Positions 50,146-57,594 of a stretch of 61,801 nucleotides of DNA are shown here, piece after piece. The stretch comes from Candidatus Ryanbacteria bacterium CG10_big_fil_rev_8_21_14_0_10_43_42 (GTDB taxonomy: Bacteria; Patescibacteriota; Minisyncoccia; Ryanbacterales; 2-02-FULL-48-12), in contig PFEF01000003.1 in assembly GCA_002793915.1 (NCBI GenBank), forward strand, positions 104,648-166,448, in the 5' to 3' direction. Both the position numbers and the translations under genes were made by a program. Numbering within the stretch: position 1 is the first letter of the stretch; each line of letters begins with the position of its first letter. The notes under the pieces are model-generated. The model was not told where the DNA came from. It saw nothing but the letters and a program-made list of their open reading frames with translations, and searched no databases.

Positions 50146-51109
50146 ATGCTCTGTAGAAAACCCCTATCCCCAAACAATCATCACGTTATGGGTGAATAAC
50201 CGGAGCATGATTTCTCTACACTGACTCCAGTAGGAACGTGCGCGAAGGAAGGAACCGAGATTACGTTTGATCATGGAGTTTACCGTTTCCACTTGCCATC
50301 TCTGACCATAGAGTTTCTTGTTGAAACGGAGAGCCATGAGTTTACGCTATTTTCCGGTAGGAAGCTTAGTGGTCTTACGACCTCCATGGGGAGGAATGAT
50401 GGTGCGAGTATGATGCTTTTCACGAGCAAATACGTGTGCCTTCTCACTATCATATCCGGCATCAGCTAAGAGCGTCTGGAAAGAGATATTCTTTTGAGCT
50501 TCCGTAACCGCTTTCTTGAAGTGTACATGATCGGGGAATGGTCCTCGTCCGGGTATGCCGGAGAGTATGATATGAGATTTACAATCAACAATAATTCCCA
50601 CCTTGGGATATCGCGTATAGTGTGTCATTTGGTAATAGGAAGCACTTTTATCTCTTCGTTTTACAAAGTATTTACTGATATGGTGGGATTCTAACTCCGT
50701 ACCGTCCAGAGCAGACAAGAGTATCTTTTTTTTCATGATCTTTCCTTTCACCGCAAGCGAAAGTATTTCTGTAATGAGTTTATCGAGTGTATTCTTTTTA
50801 GTAAGTCTCTGAGCTGCTTTTTGCAACGTAGTATAGTGAGGTATTTCTTCCAGTTCCAGTATTCTTTTGAGATCTGAAGAGTCTTCAATGATCTCTCCTA
50901 TGCCTCTGTAATCTTTTTTGAAAAATTCTTTAAGTACCAGGCAGGCGACAAGTTGATGTTGGGTGAACTTCTTGGGACTTTTGATGGTACGGTAGGCGGG
51001 TATTGATTGTTTAGCGGTTTGATATGCTACACGCGCTATATTGTTTGGAGATTTTGATGTTGTCATTACGCATATTGTACCATGGGATGTCTATGATTTC
51101 TACAGAGCA
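50146..51109 (-). mobile_element. IS4/IS5-type insertion sequence (964 bp between 13-bp inverted repeats)
   Basis: TGCTCTGTAGAAA at 50146-50158 and its reverse complement at 51097-51109 enclose a DDE transposase gene; no clear target-site duplication. Confidence 0.7.
50164..51066 (-). pseudogene. DDE (IS4/IS5-family) transposase interrupted by an in-frame TAG at 50347-50349
   Basis: LSALDGTE (D), LLADAGYDS (D). After the TAG the same frame continues RKLMALRFNKKLYGQRWQVETVNSMIKRNLG..., carrying the Y-x2-R-x3-E-x6-K signature. Confidence 0.7.
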
Positions 51110-51112
51110 GGA

Positions 51113-51142
51113 CTGACTCCGTTATTGCTGACCCCCGTTATC
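51113..51142 (-). repeat. Reverse array of the motif flanking the IS
   Basis: CTGACTCCGTTAT TG CTGACCCCCGTTATC. Confidence 0.75.
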
Positions 51143-51357
51143 TAACGATTTCGCTAGAGCTTTTTCTTTTGAAATAATGAATAGTCAGGTGGGGTAGCGT
51201 ATGCGCTCTCAGGTAAGGGGAGGTTATGTTATATGTATAAATAAGATTAAAATCTAATTTGGTCCACTTACCGACAACCCATCGAAAAATCTTTTTATGT
51301 AACAATACTAAGAAATTCTAGCTAGTTATGGAAGTCTTTGATAAACTATAAGTATAT

Positions 51358-52221
51358 ATGAAGGCAAGTATAGATGATCGTAAAACAAAAGAATCGGATA
51401 AAGCTACTAAAGATATTGTCCATTCTTGTATTAGTCTCCTAAATAAGGAGAGGAAGCTTTTGGTGTTTCCCATGCTCTCATTTGCGTTGCTAGTAACAAC
51501 TCTTCTCCTTTTCGGAGTTTATATAGATGAAATCCAAGAACTCTTTGATTATTTAACGAATAGAGATGTGTCCATATCTATTCCTATTCTTATTGGTCTC
51601 TTCATAATATTTTTTATAGAATCATTCTTTCAGGCAGCGCTCATAACAAGTACACATGTAGCAATAAAAGGGAAAAGAATAAGTATTGGATATGGTATTA
51701 CTAAAGCTTTCAATAAAATTGCAAATATCTTGCTTTGGAGCATTATTTCTACTCTAATGAATTTTGTTGACAGGTTATATGGTAAAAGCTTTGTTGGAAA
51801 AATATTTGGTCAAATTACGCTATTTGCATGGAGGATATTAACATTGTTCTCTCTACCTATTCTCATCCTTACAAATGCAGATATGGTAACAGCGATTAAG
51901 CAGTCGGCGAGCGTGCTCAAATCATCATTTGGTGAAAATATTGTAGGAAATATCAAGATATGGTTATTCCTGTTGCCCTATGTTTTTCTTTCAGTGATCG
52001 CTCTTGTCATTGGATTTCGGAGTGAAGGTATTTTCACGTCCGGTATATTTCTAGGTGGAGGTATTATCAGCCTCCTCTTTCTGTTCGTTCTAGGTAGGAC
52101 ATTGGGATCTGTATTTAGAACAGTACTTTTTGTTTATGTTGACGAGGGGAAGATCGCACACGGATTTCTAAAAGCGTCACTAGATAAATCTTTTAAGACT
52201 AAGGGCGAAAAAAATATCTAA
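51358..52221 (+). CDS. Hypothetical multi-pass membrane protein
   Basis: 287-aa ORF, about 6 TM helices, visibly AT-rich. Confidence 0.45.
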   Translation: MKASIDDRKTKESDKATKDIVHSCISLLNKERKLLVFPMLSFALLVTTLLLFGVYIDEIQELFDYLTNRDVSISIPILIGLFIIFFIESFFQAALITSTHVAIKGKRISIGYGITKAFNKIANILLWSIISTLMNFVDRLYGKSFVGKIFGQITLFAWRILTLFSLPILILTNADMVTAIKQSASVLKSSFGENIVGNIKIWLFLLPYVFLSVIALVIGFRSEGIFTSGIFLGGGIISLLFLFVLGRTLGSVFRTVLFVYVDEGKIAHGFLKASLDKSFKTKGEKNI

Positions 52222-52274
52222 AGAAGAATTAACATACTAAACATGCCTGCCTGCCGTCAAACAGGTTCTAACGT

Positions 52275-52325
52275 GATAACGGGGTCATGGATAACGGGGC
52301 ATAACGATAACGGGGTCAGGGACGC
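52275..52325 (+). repeat. Forward array of the motif (left end of copy 2)
   Basis: GATAACGGGGTCATGGATAACGGGGCATAACGATAACGGGGTCAGGGACGC. Confidence 0.85.
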
Positions 52326-52539
52326 TTTTTTGGTCGCCAAGGATCTCGAACGGTTGATTCAAGATTGAATCGGTTAATGATGCGGTTGATCCACTGTTCC
52401 CTGCCATACGGTTTGCCTCTGTTTACACTGTAGCGCAATTCTTCCAGTTCATCATCTTTTTCTGGTTCATTAACATAAGAAATGTAATCATCGGGCATAT
52501 CAGTGGGCCATTTTGGATAAGCGTCCCTGACCCCGTTAT
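52307..52539 (-). mobile_element. 233-bp non-autonomous RAYT-derived element (copy 2)
   Basis: Same length and same 19-bp IRs as copy 1; 2 mismatches to 47625-47857 by hand alignment. Confidence 0.75.
52316..52498 (-). pseudogene. C-terminal 60-codon remnant of a RAYT-type transposase gene (copy 2)
   Basis: Encodes the same 60-aa peptide as 47634-47816. Confidence 0.7.
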
Positions 52540-52882
52540 GAGCATCCGGCAGTTCTGCGACAGCGCAAAAAACCAACTAGAAAAGTGCAATGACTTTGAA
52601 TCAAAGCGCAAGTTCCTGACCGACCACATTGAGAAAGTGGTTTATCAAAACTACAAAGCAACAATCATCGGATCGGTACCCATCAGATCATCAGCTTACG
52701 AAGAAATAGACCTGCCGAATGACGAAAGCAAAATCCCATTTCGGATTGAAGGTGAAATTGATACGAGTTTGCTACATCGCGGTCCGCGACAAAAGTTTGC
52801 TGAGGATGGGCGACTAAAAAAATATGGATCGGGTAAATGCGGTATAGAAAAAATACCTTGTAAACATATAAGATTATTGTAA
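52538..52882 (+). pseudogene. Probable 3-prime fragment of a serine-recombinase-like gene, truncated at the element end
   Basis: The ATG is supplied by the IR (CCCCGTTATG). KRKFLTDHIEKVVYQNYKATIIGSVPI resembles the C-terminal region of large serine recombinases by eye. Confidence 0.3.
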
Positions 52883-52893
52883 TAATCCTCAAT

Positions 52894-53385
52894 ATGTTTA
52901 TAGCTCACTTTCCAGCAGGATATATTCTGACTAAGAAACTCCAAGAGAAACAGCGAGTAAATAAATACCTTTGGCTAGGCCTTGTTGCCAGTATATTACC
53001 CGATATCGATCTCCTATGGTTTTATCTGGTCGATAACCGCCAAACTCTACATCATGACTATTGGCTACATGTGCCGATTTTCTGGGTGGGTATCTTTGTC
53101 ATATGGTACTTATTCCTTTTAATCTCTAAACAACTCAACCAAAAATATCTCCTTCCGACAGTAATATTTTTCACAAGTATCACCCTTCATCTACTTCTGG
53201 ACACAATAGCAGGAGGCATTGCCTGGTTTTATCCATTCTCAGATACCAGCTTTGTCCTAATCGACGTTCCCGCAAAATATGGTTGGTGGGTCTGGAATTT
53301 TGTCTTTCACTGGTCGTTTCTTCTTGAGCTTGGGATTATACTCTGGGCCATAACTGTTTTTAGTAAATCACAGGGAAAGAAGTAA
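52894..53385 (+). CDS. YdjM/DUF457-like membrane-bound metal-dependent hydrolase
   Basis: MFIAHFPAGY..., LPDIDLL, HHDYWLH histidine/aspartate pattern in a 4-TM protein. Confidence 0.55.
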   Translation: MFIAHFPAGYILTKKLQEKQRVNKYLWLGLVASILPDIDLLWFYLVDNRQTLHHDYWLHVPIFWVGIFVIWYLFLLISKQLNQKYLLPTVIFFTSITLHLLLDTIAGGIAWFYPFSDTSFVLIDVPAKYGWWVWNFVFHWSFLLELGIILWAITVFSKSQGKK

Positions 53386-53416
53386 AAAGCCAGATATCCA
53401 TATCTGGCTTTTTTAA
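53385..53416. terminator. Bidirectional terminator
   Basis: AAAAAGCCAGATAT-CCAT-ATCTGGCTTTTTT. Confidence 0.7.
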
Positions 53417-53434
53417 GTGGAGATGACGAATAGA

Positions 53435-53764
53435 TCAGTCTGCTTCGAATGCTACGCGACTCACCTTCCCATCTTTAACAAAGATACGGCACTGAGCTCC
53501 ATTGTTTGTACCATAATTATATTCAGTCTCTCCAGTATATTCCCACAGAAAACCTTTTCCACTTGTGTATTTTTCATATGGCTTCATTGTGTTGAATGCT
53601 TCCTCTTGAGTCATTCCGACTTGCACTTTATTGCAAGTTTTAAAGTAGGGAGTAAACCTTATTATTAACGGATAAAACAATGCCAACAAAAGTAATACTG
53701 TCAGAATTACAACAATAGAAATAACAATGCCTAGAAATATCTTTTTTCCTTTAGTCATGCTCAT
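53435..53764 (-). CDS. Membrane-anchored small protein (BamE/SmpA-like fold by eye), putative immunity protein for the upstream RHS toxin
   Basis: Start overlaps the RHS stop by 4 nt; TM anchor plus VQVGMTQEEAFNTM...VKDGKVSRVAF. Confidence 0.4.
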   Translation of the reverse strand: MSMTKGKKIFLGIVISIVVILTVLLLLALFYPLIIRFTPYFKTCNKVQVGMTQEEAFNTMKPYEKYTSGKGFLWEYTGETEYNYGTNNGAQCRIFVKDGKVSRVAFEAD

Positions 53765-55728
53765 AGATTTGAAAGAGTTTGAACTAATTGGGTGAGACTT
53801 TTTACCAAGCTAGTAAGATTTTCCACTAAATTCGGTTGGTATGTAGAATTCGCTGAATATGATTCAATGCGCTGGCCATATCGATCTCCATGTGCTGAGC
53901 TTGGTGAATTATATGCTTTTCCAATACTGTAGGGTGTAGTTGCTCCTTGTTGCTGTATGTTCTGGATAACTTTTGCTCCAGTTAGAATATTTCTTTGTGG
54001 ATCATCTAATTGTCTTGGATCGGCTCCGACACTTAGTGCAGTATTCATAGAAACCTGCATTTCACCTACACCACCATTAACTCTATCGAAAAACGCCTGC
54101 TCGTATAATGCTTCTCCAGGAACAAGGTGCGATTGTTCTTCGTAATAGATTGACCTGATAATATTTTCACTAACGCCAGTTTCCCTGCTTGCTGCCTGAA
54201 TGTTTCCATGATTTCGGGCAATTGCTTCTAACGCACGGTCTCTTCCGCCAAAAACTTCTCCAGTTTTAAGAATTAAACCGTTATCTCTACACAAACATGT
54301 TACATCATAACCATGCCAACTCATAAATATCGGACTAGGATTTACACCATTTCCAGTTGGATCAACTAAAATTAAAGGATTGTTTCTTGCATAGCTGTAC
54401 ATATTCATCTGCTGCGGATCGGCGAGGAATTGTCCCGGATTGTCTCGAGATGCCGGATCTTGCGAAGTAAATCTTCCCTCGCTTGGATTCTGATATCTCG
54501 CACCCGCATAATTCAACCCGGTAGAATCATCAAATTCGTATCCAGTGAATTTTCTCTTCTCATTAAAATTCGTTTCCTGTTTATCAACCCGCAAGCTCCC
54601 AAACGGGTAGTAGTCGAGTGTCTGCACCAGCTCATCACTATCATCCGTTATCGCACTAGTTCCTGAAAGATGATCAGTGTGGATATAGCTTGTGGTAGTT
54701 GCGGTCTCACCTCCGCCCTCACTTGTTGCGGGTTTGAAGGATGCGGCTGATTGTGACCAGTCAGCGCCTCCCGTAACCGTGTTAGACCAGCTCATGGTGA
54801 CACTGCCTGCAGGAGTTTTAGGTCCTTCATAGCTTATGGCGCTGTCAAAGGGCGTTGTTTCTACCAATCCAACTCGTGTTTGACCCGCTCCCACTGCAGG
54901 TGTTCCTTGAGAGCCGACTTCAGAGAAGATAATGTCCACTACCCATGCATTATCCGCAATCGTTGTTACACTGGTGCTTAAGGAATTGTTATTTGTGAGG
55001 GTTGATCCATTTTGGGCGTCAAGCGGACTTAATTGATCAACGCCAGTCAGTGATATTGCTGCTCCCGTTGCTCCGCTGTTTGTACCATTTAATGTTACCG
55101 CTATAGTATTAGCACCACTTGAAGGATTCGCAAGATACCATAAACTAGTGGAGTTATTATCCGCATCATTATCGTCCTCGCGCACATTGGTCATGGCAAC
55201 GCTGTTGTATGTAATGCCTGTTACCGTTCTATCAGAATCTGTGGAATCGTTCATAGCAACACCAACAACTAAAAGCCTGTTAGTGCCGCTTGTGGTATGT
55301 GACCAATTGAAAGAACTTACGTTTAACTTACTTCCGCTGTTGCTTGTCGCGTCATATGCGATAGTTTCAGGCGTTCCTCCCCCACCCCCTGCGGTCACTT
55401 CAACGGTAGAGACTAATTGCCCGTTAGCAAAAATATGTTTGGTGGTTGTAGCACTTGAAGTGGAATAGTACTTGTTGGCGTACGTGGTTGTTGCTTGCCC
55501 TGAGCCTGTCGAAGGGCCTTCTTTGAGGAATACGCGGCTTCCCGTGTGATCGTAGCCGTAATTCGATGCTTGTGTGGTCGTCGTCGCTTTTAGTAATCGA
55601 CCTTTGGATTCTGAAATTTGTTGTGAAGGAACTTCGTGTGAGGTGGGTGTTACTGGTGTGTTTGCGAATACCAAAAATGGCGATACTAGGAACGCTGTGG
55701 TGAGAAATATGATGAGAAGGCGGATCAT
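53761..55728 (-). CDS. Secreted RHS-repeat-associated-core protein with C-terminal lytic-transglycosylase-like toxin domain
   Basis: Signal peptide; core hallmark TDHLSGTS...YYPFGS...KFTGYEFDDSTGLNYAGARYQNPSEGRFTSQDP...MYSYARNNPLILVDPTGN; tail with YYEEQSH, GVGEMQV, KAYNSP (SLT-like E-S / GLMQ / AYN pattern). Confidence 0.75.
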   Translation of the reverse strand: MIRLLIIFLTTAFLVSPFLVFANTPVTPTSHEVPSQQISESKGRLLKATTTTQASNYGYDHTGSRVFLKEGPSTGSGQATTTYANKYYSTSSATTTKHIFANGQLVSTVEVTAGGGGGTPETIAYDATSNSGSKLNVSSFNWSHTTSGTNRLLVVGVAMNDSTDSDRTVTGITYNSVAMTNVREDDNDADNNSTSLWYLANPSSGANTIAVTLNGTNSGATGAAISLTGVDQLSPLDAQNGSTLTNNNSLSTSVTTIADNAWVVDIIFSEVGSQGTPAVGAGQTRVGLVETTPFDSAISYEGPKTPAGSVTMSWSNTVTGGADWSQSAASFKPATSEGGGETATTTSYIHTDHLSGTSAITDDSDELVQTLDYYPFGSLRVDKQETNFNEKRKFTGYEFDDSTGLNYAGARYQNPSEGRFTSQDPASRDNPGQFLADPQQMNMYSYARNNPLILVDPTGNGVNPSPIFMSWHGYDVTCLCRDNGLILKTGEVFGGRDRALEAIARNHGNIQAASRETGVSENIIRSIYYEEQSHLVPGEALYEQAFFDRVNGGVGEMQVSMNTALSVGADPRQLDDPQRNILTGAKVIQNIQQQGATTPYSIGKAYNSPSSAHGDRYGQRIESYSANSTYQPNLVENLTSLVKSLTQLVQTLSNL

Positions 55729-55806
55729 AGGAATTTAAAAGTTACCAACAACTTTATAGGATTTTGTTGGATATTCACGGCCGTGGCGGTAGGGTTGTGT
55801 TGGAAT

Positions 55807-56175
55807 TTAACTATTCTGGTTTGGTAAATCAATACAAATAGTATCAACACTTTCCTTCACTTTTATAAATAAGACAAAGACTTCACTCAAAGAATAGCCC
55901 ATTCGAGTACTAAATTCGTAAATATTTAATTCTCGCATTAAATCCGATAACATGTTTCGTAAAACTTTGATCTCGTTGCAGGAAAAATTCACTTCTTCAT
56001 TTGCGGTTATATTTCTAACCATCTCGTCAATATGTTTTGCCTCTACTTCAGAAAACGAGGCAGGCGCACCGAATCGTGACAACTCAATACCTAATAATAA
56101 TTCTCGATATGCTCCCTTTATGATCTTGATTTCAACTTGTTCAAATCTCATATTTGTAATAATTAAACTTATCAT
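55807..56175 (-). CDS. Hypothetical protein, possible immunity protein of the truncated toxin upstream
   Basis: 122-aa AT-rich ORF overlapping the upstream ORF by 4 nt. Confidence 0.35.
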   Translation of the reverse strand: MISLIITNMRFEQVEIKIIKGAYRELLLGIELSRFGAPASFSEVEAKHIDEMVRNITANEEVNFSCNEIKVLRNMLSDLMRELNIYEFSTRMGYSLSEVFVLFIKVKESVDTICIDLPNQNS

Positions 56176-56401
56176 TGCTCCAATTGCCTATCGTAGTAAT
56201 CTGCTCCATCTTTTGGACGGAATGCTGTACCGTAATCTGAACTGTTACGATCAATAACAATATATGTGTTTGAGTCTGAATCATAATATTGAGTACGGTT
56301 CCTCGGCAGATCGTCAGTACGAGAAGGATTATTTATCACGTTTTCAATATGCCTCTTGAAATCATCTTGGCTACGGATACCCAATTCTTCAAATTCTGAC
56401 G
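56172..56401 (-). pseudogene. 3-prime remnant of a toxin-like gene cut off by the RAYT element
   Basis: The ORF N-terminus (MATKKASLTPLS) is read from the element IR. The remainder ...FKRHIENVINNPSRTDDLPRNRTQYYDSDSNTYIVIDRNSSDYGTAFRPKDGADYY looks like a small polymorphic-toxin C-terminal module. Confidence 0.25.
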
Positions 56402-57143
56402 ATAACGGGGTCAGGGACGCTTTTTTGGTCGCCAAGGATCTCGAATGGTTGATTCAAGGTTAAATCGGTCAACGATGCGGCTGGTCCATTGTTCCCTACC
56501 ATACGGTTTTCCTCTGTTTACACTATAGCGCACTTCTTCTAGTTCATCATCTTTTTCTGGCTCGTTGACATAGGAAAGATAGTCATCAGGAATTCCGGTT
56601 GGCCATTGGGAAAGGAGTTTTTGCTGTTCTTTGGTACCATGTTGTCTGCGCCATAAACTGGACCATTTCCAGTTTTCTGCTCGTTTGATGAGTTTAGCAC
56701 GTAATGGATTGCGTTCTACATATTTACAGAGTTGTATAAAATATTCGTTGGTTTGAACAGGAAATGATTTATACCTGCCTTGATAGAGATGTCCTGATCC
56801 GATTGTTTTATGGAATACATGCCATCTTCGGGTGTGGGTAAGCGTAAACCATCCCATGAACTTCTGTAGATCGCCGTCTTTTTTAGGATGGAGTACCAGA
56901 TGCCAATGGTTGGGCATGATGCAGTATGCAAGAATACGCATCGGTACTTGTTCTTTTGCTTCAGCGAGCGTTATTTCAAACAATTGATAATCTTTGGGTT
57001 CATTAAATATCCGCATGCGTGCATTTGCGCGGTTGATTATATGATAGATGATTCCTCCTACATCGGTGCGTTGGTTGCGGGGCATGGAATAACCATAGCA
57101 AGTGGAGAAATTATAGGTCAATAAGCGTCCCTGACCCCGTTAT
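56402..57143 (-). mobile_element. Full-length RAYT/IS200-like (HUH Y1 transposase) element with 19-bp perfect inverted repeats
   Basis: ATAACGGGGTCAGGGACGC at 56402-56420, reverse complement at 57125-57143. Confidence 0.75.
56411..57085 (-). CDS. REP-associated-type tyrosine (Y1, HUH) transposase
   Basis: IYHIINRANAR, HUH motif MPNHWHLVL, catalytic Tyr context LCKYVERNPLRAKL; start trimmed to ATG 57083-57085; the TGA stop lies inside the IR. Confidence 0.75.
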   Translation of the reverse strand: MPRNQRTDVGGIIYHIINRANARMRIFNEPKDYQLFEITLAEAKEQVPMRILAYCIMPNHWHLVLHPKKDGDLQKFMGWFTLTHTRRWHVFHKTIGSGHLYQGRYKSFPVQTNEYFIQLCKYVERNPLRAKLIKRAENWKWSSLWRRQHGTKEQQKLLSQWPTGIPDDYLSYVNEPEKDDELEEVRYSVNRGKPYGREQWTSRIVDRFNLESTIRDPWRPKKRP

Positions 57144-57152
57144 TCGTTATCG
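57125..57152 (-). repeat. Reverse array of the motif (right end of the full element)
   Basis: GCGTCCCTGACCCCGTTATTCGTTATCG. Confidence 0.8.
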
Positions 57153-57248
57153 TTCAGGCTTTATAAGCCCTGCTCCCACTTGCTCAAACTTGTGGCGAAT
57201 ATCGTCTTTATCGATATTTGGAAATGTTGCTTCGTACTCCACTTTCAT
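57147..57248 (-). pseudogene. 33-codon N-terminal stub of a CYTH-domain (class IV adenylate cyclase / triphosphatase-like) gene, truncated by the element
   Basis: Own translation MKVEYEATFPNIDKDDIRHKFEQVGAGLIKPER*. ATGA overlap with the upstream gene, and the frame runs into the motif array. Confidence 0.4.
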
Positions 57249-57571
57249 ATCTTATCATTATACTTTTCCTCAATTGTGCGAACTATATCATTCTCTGACA
57301 TGCCTATAACTTCTGCCAAACGCAACACTGCAATCAGAGCTTTAGAAATATCAGCCCTTAACTGTGCCATGTCAACCTCCTTACCATGATCAACAGCTTC
57401 ACTAATAGAAGCTACTTTGCCGGATGTCTTAGCAAGATGCAACACGGAGTGGCGAATAGCGAATATCAACCGCTGCTTATTGGAGTTATTTACCAATTCC
57501 GGATATGTTTTTTCATCAAATACAAAATGTTTTGCCGTGAATTTAATGATGCGATCAATATCTCCGTTCAT
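57245..57571 (-). CDS. MazG-like all-alpha NTP-pyrophosphohydrolase-fold protein (canonical acidic motif not evident)
   Basis: 108 aa; C-terminal LRLAEVIGMSENDIVRTIEEKYN typical of MazG-like proteins. Confidence 0.4.
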   Translation of the reverse strand: MNGDIDRIIKFTAKHFVFDEKTYPELVNNSNKQRLIFAIRHSVLHLAKTSGKVASISEAVDHGKEVDMAQLRADISKALIAVLRLAEVIGMSENDIVRTIEEKYNDKI

Positions 57572-57594
57572 GATTCTAATTTACTGAATAATCT

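Noticed and set aside
50207-50230. Internal sequence ATGATTTCT..CTGACTCC resembling the right end of the IS
   Set aside because: These are short split matches inside the transposase coding extension. That is insufficient to call a second end.
50347-50349. In-frame TAG in the transposase as evidence of stop-codon reassignment
   Set aside because: TAG terminates well-supported genes here, for example rpsG at 10392-10394. TGA and TAA are also used as stops and ORF lengths are normal for the standard code.
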